62,159 nucleotides of DNA from Moniliella sp. 'wahieum' (lineage: Eukaryota): the NCBI GenBank assembly GCA_003971905.1, contig RSEE01000124.1, forward strand, positions 124,001 to 186,159. The letters are read 5' to 3'. Below the pieces are notes generated by a model, which saw only the letters and a program-made list of their open reading frames with translations, ran no database searches and had not been told where the DNA came from. This document shows, one piece after another, positions 23,660 through 35,563 of the stretch. The translations under genes and the position numbers were made by a program. Every line of letters starts with the position of its first letter. The first letter of the stretch is position 1.

Positions 23660-26600
23660 ATGCCCAGCTGGGGTCTTGGGCGCGGGCAGCCGTCGCAGTA
23701 TGCCGTGCTCACACCCGACAACCGTCTTCCCACCTCCACCTCCGCCTCCGCCTCGCTCCGCCGCCGCCGCCGCCCACCGCGCCCGCCTGGTCCGCCCGCC
23801 TCGCCCACCGCGCGCCTCCTCCGCTCGTCACGGCCCCCGAGCAGACTGCCTCTGCCTCTGCCTCGGCGCCTGGGTCCACGTCGCTGCCTACGCCTACCAC
23901 CGCAGGTCCTGGTGGGCCTAGCGTGGGGGACCTGTACCCCGTCGGACGTCTGTCGTCCGGGGTGGCGACGCACGTGCTGTGCTGGGTACCTGTTCCGCAC
24001 TTGGTGCAATGTGCGTTGGCCAGTCGGAACCTCCTGCGAGCCGTGGCGGACGAACGTGTGTGGGCGTTCAAGTGGACTGCAGCACAATGGGATCCGATTT
24101 CTTCTGCTTCACTTACTGATCCGCCGAGGTGAAGCGGTGGGAAGAAGAGTTAACTTTACGTGCGCAGCACGACCATCGACCACCTCGTACTACCACCACC
24201 TTGTCCGTACCGACCAGTGGCCTTTCCCCCCGCCCGTCCCTGGTGGAAGAAGAAGAGTTTGGACAGTTCACCTCGGCCGAACCAGAGTGGGGCGAGTTCA
24301 CCCCTGCGCCCAGTACAGCTGCGGCGCCTGCGGTGCAAGCTGTGGCTCCGACGCCTGGGACGGCCCTGGCCGGGCGCGGAGGGAGCTTGGCCCATGGTCT
24401 GGCTAGTGTCACCCTAGCTTCCAAAGCGCAGTCTAGCCTGCACGCTCCGGACCAAGTGTTTTCCCATTCCTCATCTACGTCCCCCGCGCCCGAGGGCAGT
24501 ACGGTGTTTAGCTTTTCGGCGGAAACTGCGGCAACGAGTAAGCCGGTCCCTCAACTACGTCATACCTTGGCAGCTGCTGCGCTGCTCGCTCGGCGCACAC
24601 AGGTACTTCCTATCGTCCGTGCATTGAAGGTCGAGGGGGGAACGAGTAACTTGGCACAAGAGGAGAGGAAGGGGATGGCGATGCATCTTTGCCTGGTGCG
24701 TTGGCGCATCCTCCCTCGCCGGACTGGACGTATCGACCCAAGCGGTTTTTTGGGCAACGTGGCGCGTCTGTTGGCGTATCCCGTCTTACTCTTTTCTGAA
24801 AAGGAGGCTCATGCAGTATGGCCCAACTTAGTCCGCACAGGGCGGCACTTGGCGCAGCACGCGCTACTCCCATCGTTTGTCGCTGCCGATGCAAGGCGGT
24901 CCGATGCGGTGCGCGCGGGCGAGGTGGCACGTAATGCGCAAGTGACCCGTCGGGCCGTGGTACGGGCAGAGGAAGATATGCGCGCGACGGCACATGCGTT
25001 GTGGTCACTTGGTTCGGCGTTGGAGCAAGGGGATCCAGTTGCAGTCAGTGCGCGCAACGGGTTTGCTGATCCGAGTTTGGTGCCTGTGTCCGAATCGACG
25101 TTTGTGCTCGAGTCGAGCGAGGAGGAGGAGGAGGAAGTAAGTTCAATGGCGATTGCGCCTGCCGCGCACTTTCTCGAGACGAGGGCGTTGTTTGGAACGC
25201 AGATCCAATCGCCTCTTCGGTCCCACGATCCATTGTCCAACGTACTTCCCGGTGCGGATGCGGCGGTACTGGAGCGCAAGGCCGAGGTCAAATTGGACTT
25301 TGGTCCAATGGATGCGTTTATGGCTTCTGTATCGAAGCACGTCGAGTCGGACGGCGGACTGGCTGCACGCGTGTTTCCTTTATCCCTGGACGTGGTGCTA
25401 GCGCTGGCAGACAAGGCAGCGGAAGATGTGGTAATGGTGTACATCAAGCCCCTCTTGGCGCGCGCGAGCGAACTGGACGATACTTGGTCCACACGTCACC
25501 CCGTACCGCCCGACGCAGCTGGCGCCCCGCGTCCACGTGGCTCGGACGGTCTGGTCCCACCGGCGTGTACCCCCGCGCCGTTGCGGCAGCCTATACCCAA
25601 TCGCTCCAACTGGCCGTGGCGGCACGAGCGGTCCAAGGGCCAGGAAAAGAAACGCGTACGTTGCAGCGGTGCGAGGAGGTGGTGCATCGAATGTGGACAC
25701 CATTCGTGGTAGGGTACTTGGAGCAAGAACGGGCATGGGCCGAAGCTGCGATGCGAGCTGCATGTGCAGTGTGGACGCACAAGTTAGAACGTCGGTTGGA
25801 GCAGCAGAACCCGCACTCGCATTCGGACTCGGACTCGCACCCACATGACGATGTAGCTCCGCACGATGCAGCGCATGCCAAACGCTCCGCTTTGGCTGCT
25901 GCGAAAAACGCGTTGCTCAAGCCGGTTGTTCTTGTGCCCCGGGCCGCCGCGTCGGCCTGGTCGGGTTCAAGTGGACTTCGTCTTCCGACCCGTCTCGTGC
26001 GGCGGGGGACACGTCTCATCCCGCTCCCGACCAAGAAGACCAAGATGAGAAGAAGAACAAAGACGAGGAAGAAGAGAGGAAGAGGAAGAGGAAGAGAAAA
26101 AGCGCAACAACGTGCTCGTGACGAAGCCGCTCGGGAAATTATGCCGGAGGAAGCAGTGTGGGGGAGCGGATCGAGCGAGCCCGAGGACGCCAAGGGCTCC
26201 AACGACACCAAGGACACCACGGTGGGTGGGCTCCCGGGTCGAGTGTGGAGGCAGGGGACGAACGGGGCGAAGCACGCATGTCCATGGCGTCACTGTTGGA
26301 CTTGGATACGGTAGTGAGTGTGATCCAGGCACATCGGCAATCTCTCCGGCGCATGGAGGCGTTTACGTACTTTGAAGGGGAAGTGGGGGAGCAAGCGCGT
26401 CAAGAACGGGAGATGTTGGCATTACAATTTTTCACTCTATTGGACAAGGAACATGTGCAACCTGCGTTCCAACGAGCCCAGGAACAAGTGGAGCAGTGGA
26501 CGCCTTCCCTCTCTGTTGAGGCTACGGCGTCCGAGTCGACTATGCTCCACACGGCCCAAGCAGCCGATTACGTTGCACCCGTGGTACAGTTTACCGCGTT

Positions 26601-27422
26601 GACGCATGTTGCCGACGCGTTGTTGCAGTTGGTGCAAGTGTACGTCGATACGGAACTGCTTCGTGCTGTGGGGCCTGCGGCGCGCGCGCAAGATGGGGGG
26701 GGGGCAAGAAAGCGTCGACCCGTGCCGGGGGCGGAGGCGGAGGCGGAGGCGGGACTGTGGCCGTGGACTTTTTGCACCCTGTCGTGCGTGAACAAGCGCG
26801 GTTCCAACGCGCGGTGGATGCACGTGTGGCGCTCGGGCTCAACTTGGGGGTGGACGTGTTGATGCGACAAGCAGAGTACTTGTTATCGACGTTACAGCAA
26901 GCTTCGGACTTTGATCCTCCTGTGGAGGAGGGCAAGCCACCTGATCTAGCTGCTTCAACCCATGCGTGTGAGGTGGTAACGGCGTGTTTGGGGGTACACT
27001 GTCGTGTGCTACGTGACGTGGTGGAGCGGGAGACAAGGGACGTGTTTTTCCGTGAAATCGGCACAAGACTACACAGTTTGTTAGTACGCCACTTGAAGCG
27101 TCAAGTCATCTCGACCCGAGGCGGGTGGCAAGTGATTGCCGATGTGAATGCGTACCATGCACTGGTGATGCAGCACCTTCGTCTGCCGATGTGGGCAAGT
27201 TATTTGATGGACTCAAGATGCTCGCGCACCTGTTTGTCGTGGAAGGCGCGCGGGAACTCAGTGCGCTGGTCAAAAGGTCGTTTGGCTGCTGATGGCGCTG
27301 CGGGTCCACCGGAAGAAGTGGCTGAACTGCTAAGAGCTCGCAAGGATTATCGATTGATCGCCCCGGCCATCGATAAGGAGTTGTATGGGTTCAAGGTTCA
27401 GGAAGATTGTCTGATCCAATAG
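23660..27422 (+). CDS. RCY1: Recyclin-1 (F-box + Sec10-like domain + CaaX), frameshifted
   Basis: F-box-like VGRLSSGVATHVLCWVPVPHLVQCALASRNL..DERVW. Sec10-like FFREIGTRLHSLLVRHLKRQVIS..GGWQVIADVNAY. C-terminal CaaX motif EDCLIQ*. Confidence 0.87.
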
Positions 27423-28346
27423 CTGGGCTCCTCTGCTCTCCCCTCCTCTGCTCTCTCTGCTTTGCTTTGCTCTGCTCTCCCCTCTCTGCTCTGCTCTCCT
27501 CTCTCAATCTCCTCTCGTCTTGCCATGATTCATGATGCACGTCGACCGCACCGGCTCACTACGCTTGGCTACAGAATACCCACCATAATTCATGTTGCCA
27601 ATATCCGCCATCTGTACTTGTCTGCCCGGGGACCTGCTGGGAGCTAGAACGTGGGGCCGGGTACGTGCGCTCCATTGCATGCATCTTGTTTGCCTACGCG
27701 CCACATTCACCTCTGGGGCTATTGTACCGAAGTAGAGGTAGAGGGAGAAGTACAGGTACAGGATGCATTGGAGGTAGAGGTAGAAATACAGGTAGAGGAG
27801 ATGCATTGAAACGTGCGAGCCAACCGAGGGTTTTGTTTGTCCCTCCCTCTCCTCCTCGATCGGCAGGATCGTCACCGTTTCCTTCCTCGTGAGATCTGAG
27901 CTCTGAGCGTCTGAGATGAGATGGAGGATGGGGACACGAGGGGCAGGGTGAATGACTGATTGAAGTGAATGAAAATGTCGACTTGTGCATATGCCCCACC
28001 ATCCGGCCTCCGAAGCTCAAGGCATCTGAATCTGACCCCCAAGGCTTGAAGGGGAGCTTGTTGGTTCGGCTGGTACTATAGGGAGGAGAGGATGATCGAG
28101 GTATGGGCTGTTAATTACTGACCCTGTGGCAAAGAACGTCGCCCAAGTAGATACATACCCGTGGGAACCGCAGGCAACGAGCAACTACGTTCAACGTACA
28201 ACGTTCACCGTTCACATGCATCATGGCAACCCGCGCTGCCATCTGCCTTCCCCTGGCGGACTGAGGCAGTGCATCGTTCTCGCACACCGCCTCGGGCCAA
28301 TCCGCCAGGGGCGGGACAGGGGGTGGGTGTGGTGGTGTCCAGGTGG

Positions 28347-28388
28347 TGGGGATGGGGATGGGGATGGGGATGGGGATGGGGATGGGGG
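28347..28388 (+). repeat. (GGGGAT)n hexamer repeat
   Basis: Seen directly. Confidence 0.9.
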
Positions 28389-29102
28389 TGGGAGGGGCTA
28401 GGGATGGGAGGGGATGCAGATGGGCAGATCACCATGCGAGTAGAGGGCTAGGCGCTAGACGCCAGTCACGTGGTGGGACATGGTTCTAGCGTACTGGTAC
28501 TCACCGTGACGCGTGAGTCTGAGTGATGCACTGCTGCGCTGCACTGCCCCCGCACTGCTCTGCTCTGCTGCGTGCTGCGAGCGTCCAAGTGCACACGCCT
28601 GCGCGGCACGGAGGCAGTGTAGTCCAAGGACGAGCGACTAGGGCAGTGCTGCCAGCGCAAGTGCAAGCTGGCAGGCCAGGCGTACGTAAGGAGCACCAGC
28701 GACGCGCGAGTCGCGCGTCGGCAGGCGTGGGGATCATCGATCATCGATCATCGATCAGGATGCGTCTCAGGCCTCAGGACCCAGACGCGTATCAGCATCG
28801 GAGCCAGGGACACAGGACCAGCACCCGGATGCGGTAGCCTACGCAGGACCAACCCGCACCAGTTCGCATCCTCTCGTCACACAGGTGCTGCCCCACACTG
28901 CCCTCCTGCCCCTGTCTCCCCCGGCATGCAGCAGCAAACGCAGCAACGCAGCAACGTAGCATCCTGCCTCGTCTGCTCCCACCTCCTCTGCTCCCTCCCA
29001 TCCATCGTCGCTTTAATACGCCCCCCATCCCATCCCCTTCTCTTCTCTTCTCTTCCATCCCATCCCCTCTACCCCCCACACCCACGTCTCCACTCCCGCA
29101 CC

Positions 29103-29486
29103 ATGGGCGACCTCGCGAAAGCATCTGGATGCAATACTGCATCTACTGTACGTCGGCCTCGCCCCGCTCTTCTACCACCTGACCCTCACCTGACCCTCCC
29201 CCCCTTCCCGACAGCCAACGTCGGGAGGACTGGTGCACGTGCCTGGACTGCCGATGCAACTGTTGCTGGGACAAGGGCGAGTTGCCACCAGAAGAAGAAG
29301 ATCAGGCTGGGGCAGCAGCAGCAGCAGATGCTTCCCACCCGCTTCCGCCCTCGGACTACACTGCACACACCAACCCTACCACCGCCGCCCTCCTGGTCCG
29401 ACGACAGTCCAAGCGCCATCCCCCGCCCTGAAAAGTTCGAGTACGCACCAGCACAGGAGATGAAGGTGCCTTCGCCCCCCAGTTGA
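29103..29486 (+). CDS. Putative small cysteine-rich protein (spliced, frame uncertain)
   Basis: ACCATGG start after a pyrimidine-rich leader. Intron 29148-29214 (GTACGT..CTGAC..CAG). One frame of exon 2 reads REDWCTCLDCRCNCCWDKG, but an indel is needed to join it to the ATG. Confidence 0.45.
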   Translation: MGDLAKASGCNTASTVRRPRPALLPPDPHLTLPPFPTANVGRTGARAWTADATVAGTRASCHQKKKIRLGQQQQQMLPTRFRPRTTLHTPTLPPPPSWSDDSPSAIPRPEKFEYAPAQEMKVPSPPS

Positions 29487-30321
29487 ACGTGGAACGTCGA
29501 TTCCCGCTTCGTGTCCATCCCACTGGTTGCGCATTCCAGCCTGGCTCCTTCCTTTCCGTCCCTCATGGTTCCCTCATGTGGTCGGATGGTGAGTAGGACG
29601 ATGCCCAGGACCATGATCATACAACCGTGGGCGTTACGCGCGACGCGCGCGAGACTAACAGGGGGCAAGCCGCAGGGCAGATGCATGAAATTTGATCTTG
29701 TGTTATTTTGTTTGGTTTTGGTTTTGGTTTTGGTGTGGTGGTCGGGTTTTGTTTGGCCTGGGCGCGCATGGAAGCTTGACGACGCGTCGGGTCCATACAT
29801 GGTGCGTGCGTGGTGCAGCTAACTGGGAATGGAGGTGGTAAAGTCATAACATTCTCTACATCGCACGCTCCCATTCACAAGACGTAGCACACAAGGCAGT
29901 TAAGTTTGGATGGATGGAGGGAGGGAGGGAGGGTTGGATGGTAGTGAAGCCGTGGGCCGTGGGCCGTAGGCTGTGGCTCGGGCGCGCACCAATACCCTAC
30001 GCTGTACCTGGTCGACGAGCTTGCTGGTTCTTGCTAGTTCCGCCAGGCCGAACCAACCAACCGTCCGGGACCGGGCCCGGGGGGCACTTAGTACTTACTT
30101 ACCCTCGACCCCTCCCTCCTCCCTCCCGACCGAACGACCCAGGACGACCGGGTCCAGTCCCCGTCCCATGCGCACATTCGCCTCGTATCCTATCCAGCTC
30201 CTTTCTGCTTACTCCTGCTTGCTCCTTGCTCCTCCCTCCTTGCTCCCGCTTGCTCCTGCCTTACGCCCATCTGCTGGCTCCCAGCTCCGGGCCCCCACCT
30301 TCTTGCTCCTACTTAGCCAAA

Positions 30322-31016
30322 TCAGTCCAAGTCCGCCACCAACACCCACTCCAACGTATCGTCCACCTGAGGTTTGCTTATCCTCGCCTGGCCATCCGCG
30401 TCCGTACCCATTTCCACGTCCGCACCCACACCGGCGTCTGCACCCGCACCCGCACCCGCACCGGGCGCGACGTGCCAACCGAGCAACGCACTATGCTCCC
30501 CCAGCGCGCACAGGCGCAATCTATCCGCCCGCCGACGCGCACGAAATACAAAGTGTAATGCTCGTCGTCCGGGCGCTCGTCCACCAGCGGAACGCTCGTA
30601 GGGCTACTGGAGCTGGTGGAAGCGAAGGTGGGAGTGGGAGTGGCAGGGTCCAAATTGGACTGCCACGCGCTGAAGCGGTGCCATGCGTAGGAGTGGCGTG
30701 GTGGAACCAAGCGGACGAAGGGAGGTGGGGTGGATGTGGGTGCGAGGGGGAGAGACTAGTGGAGCCAGGGACAGCGGAAGCCAAAGCCAAAGCCAAAGCC
30801 AAAGACGAAGCAGAGGCAGAGGCAGCAAGTACGCGACGCGCTTGGACCGGAGCAAAGCGGAACCATGCGCATACGCCGAGGGCTTGCCAGAACGGTTGGT
30901 TGGTCCTTCTCGAGTGAGCGGATGCGGTATGCCAGATGCCAGGAGTACCGTTGAGGACGAAGGGGACGAAGGGAAGAAGGGGAGGATGACAATGACGAAG
31001 GGGGATCATCGATCAT
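30322..31016 (-). CDS. Hypothetical protein (frameshifted pieces)
   Basis: Protein-like segments SWHLAYRIRSLE, DEHYTLYFVRV and DDTLEWVLVADLD* are separated by low-complexity runs. No family recognised. Confidence 0.3.
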
Positions 31017-31353
31017 TGATCAGAAGGAGACGTCAAGCTTCAAGCTTCAAGTGCAGCAACGTGCGCAAGAGCGGGGCGAGCATTGAAGGTCAGGGAAATG
31101 CACCCAAGTCAAGTCCAAACAGAGAATGTATGCGGTGATCAGGGTACTGCAGGGCATGCACGACGCCCTGCTGTAGCGTGCGCTGTATCGTCCCATGCCA
31201 GCGGCGCCGGCGCCACACGCATCGTCACACCCCGCGCTCCCCGTCGTTGCAGCCTTGCTGCACTGGATGGAAGAGCAATACCGGAACCACTAGTCAGTGT
31301 ACTTCTCTCGAACCGAGTGGCACCAACGGCATCACCAGTCCGACCAACAACCG

Positions 31354-31466
31354 CTTCAACCTTCAACCTTCAACCTTCAACCTTCAACCTTCAACCTTCA
31401 ACCTTCAACCTTCAACCTTCAACCTTCAACCTTCAACCTTCAACCTTCAACCTTCAACCTTCAACC
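31354..31466 (+). repeat. (CTTCAAC)16 perfect heptamer tandem repeat
   Basis: 113 bp with 7-bp period, counted directly. Confidence 0.97.
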
Positions 31467-32529
31467 GTGACGATGATTGGAGCGACAGACTACAGGTGCA
31501 TGCGCATGTGCATGTGCCCCGGCACGATCTCCGTCTCGTCGGACTAAGATGACTGTGCTTCGAACAGAGAGCACACAACCCATGGCGGGACGAGCCGGTC
31601 CGAGTTGCAAAACGGAGGACCGAGCTTGTTCGCAATGCAACTCATCCCGGTCGCTAGGCTCCCCACAAACACACAACCGAGGGCTTGAGGGCTTGAGAGC
31701 TTGATCGACAAAGTACGTGGGGGGGGATGGAACAGAAGAGTTGTCGGGTAACGATGCCTGCCATAGCGTTACTTGTCGCTGTTGACGGAGCCAGCACTCC
31801 ACCGATTGTCGACAGATGGGCGATTGGATACACTCAGATCATGAACCGGAACCTGGCGTTCGAGGGGAGGCGATGCGCTTTTGGATTGAAAAAGTCCAGG
31901 ACCGAGGTCGAGGCACGTCCAATCATCTAAGGGAAGGCCAAAACGGCGGGGGGGGGGGTCGATGTGAATGGCGCCCGTGCTCCACTAATTCTGGACACAT
32001 CAGAGAAGCATAGTGCTGAATTGTGCTAAAGTTGGAGGCCGTTCAGCAGGGTTAACCTTTGGCACACCGCACTAATAGTGTCCCAACAGGTACCAGTCCG
32101 ACTCAGTAGTCGGTGGGCGCACCAGGCGATATATAGTGCTCTGCTGTCGCAGCTCCCGACTAACCTTAGACGCGGGCGCACCAGGTGGCAGGGATCGAAG
32201 CTCTGTTTCAGTGAGCGCTCCCGCCGGCAGTCCGCGCTCCGCCCTGTTCGTTGTCGCACAGCCAGCGCACAAGGCGGTAATTGGAGGCAGGCGCGCACCA
32301 GGCTACAGTTGTCCTTCTAAGGGATCGCACCTCAGTTGGCCGTGACAGCGAGCGCCCCAGGCTATATCGCTTTCACCTTCTCTCATAAGCGTATACATTT
32401 AGGCCTGAGTCGGGACGGGCTGGCCTCGAGCAGGATAATGCTCACCGGCGAAGGAAGGTCCGTGTTGGTACGGTCATTGTAGGCAATCAGACGCTGGATG
32501 GAAGCCGTCCTGGGTCCATACGAGCTTTC

Positions 32530-33482
32530 ATCGTCCATAAGCAGACCCACATCTTCTGCCAGCTTCACAGGGTTGGATGCCTGCTCCGCCGCACCGCGCC
32601 AGCGGGCTGGAGGAACCTCTTGTTGCGGAGCATGACCACTTCTTCCCGCCTTCGTCCGTATGGCCGTAGTGATTAGGAGAGAGCATTTGTTCGGGGAAAA
32701 GTTGAGACGTTTTGCTAAACAACTGCGTCGGTTTCGCGAGGTACATGTCGGCAACCTACTGAACCAACTGGTTCTACTCGTCTTCTGTTCTCCCATAACC
32801 CTCCTCTGCCGCGGTTACGCCAGTTCGCCGCGCCGCGGGTTGCGATCGTTGCTTCTCCACCACCATTTGAGCGCGTTGTCACGGAACGTTCATGTCCCAG
32901 CCGCTGGTTTGTGTCAGCAGTATTATTGCCCCCATGGTACGAGTGTGCAGGTCTGCATTTGGTGACTGGCTGGGTGTTGTCCCCCTGAACGAGGGCTTAC
33001 TTGGAAGGCTGACGATCATTGCCGCTCCTGCTACGCTCCACCCGTCCTTTCGTGCTCGCTTCCACCAAAATTCGGCCGTCGTCTAGCCGGTTCAAACGGT
33101 TCTCGTCGGTTCTTGTGGTAGTGCCACCCCAGAGAGTGGCAGCCAGCATGGCAGCTCCAAGGGCACCAGCCTCGTTGGGTCAATTGTCCCTTCGACGTCA
33201 ATCACTTGGAAGGACCCCTGCTACATGTCCGACTAGACGACCTCATCGCCAAATGTGCCAGCCATGAGTCGCTTGGTGTCAAACACTATGTTGCGCGGGG
33301 TAATGCCGATGGGGTGAGTGGCCTCATCGACTTCACTGATGAAGTGCTGCCATTCGTCGATGGCGACAGAGGAGGGAGTGGTGAGGTTGCCCGGGTCGTT
33401 GGGAATGATTAATGACTGCCGCCTGGTCGTTATTCCAGGCAGAGGAGGACGTGCCGAGAGCGATGCCAATTGGTTTGGTCAT
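32530..33482 (-). pseudogene. HSP70: Degenerate, internally deleted Hsp70 (SSA-type) relic; left end uncertain
   Basis: MTKPIGIALGTSSS (cf. GIDLGTTYS); IIPNDPGNLTTPSSVA (cf. IIANDQGNRTTPS); PRNIVFDTKRLM..F.DEVV*SDM*; then directly IDP-NEAGALGAAMLAATLWG (cf. [20 protein letters not shown]). Contains in-frame stops. Confidence 0.85.
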
Positions 33483-35563
33483 GGCAGGGGGGGGAAGTAG
33501 GGAGATTGAATAGTGAGGCCTGAGGCCTGGGGAGATAGCCATACTGCGTGTGGGAGTGCGCGGGGAGACGCACTTGTTGGTTAAACGTTAAACGTTGATG
33601 GCTGCGTCCGAGCAGTACAACAGGGGAGTTGGGCGGGTGGAATGGTACCAGCACGCGCTGCTCTGCGCCACCCACTCTCACACACCTCTCATACCTCAAG
33701 CTCTTCACGCTGGCACTATTAATATGCGCCACAATAACCTCTTCGTCCTCCCCTCAGGCAGGCCTCATATACCACACCCCAACGTGATGTACATAGTACT
33801 GTACCACACACGCATGTAAGCATCTCACACTGTTGCCGTAGTTGCTGTGGGGGATGGGGGTACACAGCCCTGTCGTCCTAGGGGCGAGGAACCTACAGCG
33901 CAGGCTGGTTACCCCCTTTTTTGGTGGTTGCGACAGAATGTACCAGGACAGACTCAATAACAACAAAGAGGGATGATTGACGAGCGAACGAGGAAGCAGG
34001 GTTCAACATACTCAACAGGCGAGTGTATATTACGTCAAAGCTAATCGAAATCTCTGGTCCCCAACCTATTGGACCTTGCGAGCCCCTCCACAAAAGCTCC
34101 CCGTTAGATTTGAGGGGCACAATCTTGTCGCAGCCTCGTCAGCACTGCTAGCCACAACCTGCTGAACCAGATGGTGGCAAGGCTGCCCAGCGGGGTTGTT
34201 TCCCAATTGTGGCCTATATAAAGCTTGTCAGAAAACCTTTCCCGCCATTCTAGTCGCAATCTTGCCCGCCACCCTATTTCGCGACATTGTGAATAGCGAC
34301 CAGCCTCGTTCCACATGTTAAAAAGGGAGGTTTTTCCAAAAAAAAACTTGTGGTTTCCCCAGCCGAAAAAGTGGACATTAGTAGACCGTTGCACCATAAA
34401 AGCACAACTATTATGTTGAAGCGATCAACTGACCCAATATTTGTATGTCCGTTTTCACATGAAAAGTCGTCAAAAACAAGTTTGTAGACTGGTGGTGAAG
34501 AGTATACATTGGAAGCGCTGGGCACAACGTATCATAACAACATTCGTAGCCCATCTAGACCCGTCTACACGTTCGTTGCTTTGATTGTACCGCCCGCACA
34601 AGAGATGAGATGGTCTGATGTACACCGCTGGTACCAAAATGTCTCCATATCTCAGCCGCCTCTCATTCGTTCTGGCTCAAATTTGGCACGTTGCCAGCGG
34701 TCAGCATGCACTGCGGGGAGAGGCGTCAGACGGATACGATGTCTGCCCCATGATCAGAGGCGGCGGCGCACGTAGAGGCGTGCTAGCACCAAGTGAAGCA
34801 CTGTGGTACGTATGGTGGACGAAGCTCAGCACGAGACGTCCATGCATGGTGACATGTGGGTGGTGGTGGTGGAGTGGTGGCGCCAGTGGCGCTGGTAGGC
34901 GTGGGCATGGCAGCGGCAGCGGCAGCGGCGGCAGGCAGGCCAGCCGGCTCGTCCGCGATCCACGCCAGCCTCAACGCGGCCAATTCATGCCGACCAGTAG
35001 ATCTATTAGAAACACGCCATCAAAGGGATAGTGGCGTAGTTTACAACTAACGCCACATCTGTGTACGATACTTCGGATTGTCCAGGAGCAATCTAACCGT
35101 CTAATCCTAATATTTGAGCTTGTTCTCTATAGTCCTCTGCCCACATGTCGGTAGTATAGTCCGAGAGAATGTCATGGGGTTAGGTCATTTGTGGTGCACT
35201 ATGAGAAGGTGGTTGACTTGCAAGGGCACTGACACAGGTCGGAGTCAGAGGGGCGGTAAGTGGCGAGTAATCCTGCGCCGTCTCATGTTGTAGGTGTCAG
35301 GGTTTTGTGGGTGTGGGGCGCATCACTGACGTCCTGCTGAAGCTTTCACAGGAGTTCCTTCTCACAGATCTTCTTAGCCGTGTGTTGTACCTAATTCAGC
35401 ACACAAGAACCAAAACACCGTGCATGTGTCCATTTGTATAGACTCTGTATACGCATTGCGATGGCACACACTTTCCTATATACATACGACTCAGGCCTCT
35501 GCTGTGTGGTTATAAAGTTCATCCCCTTCTCCTTGCCCACCACCACCACCAGCCCCATCCACG

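Noticed and set aside
31083..31552. ORFs with STFNLQP repeats, or a CRISPR-like array
   Set aside because: This is a spacer-less 7-bp microsatellite that gives the same peptide in every frame, in a eukaryotic context.
33900..34520. AT-rich patch as a possible MITE or DNA transposon
   Set aside because: No terminal inverted repeats or TSD found by eye.
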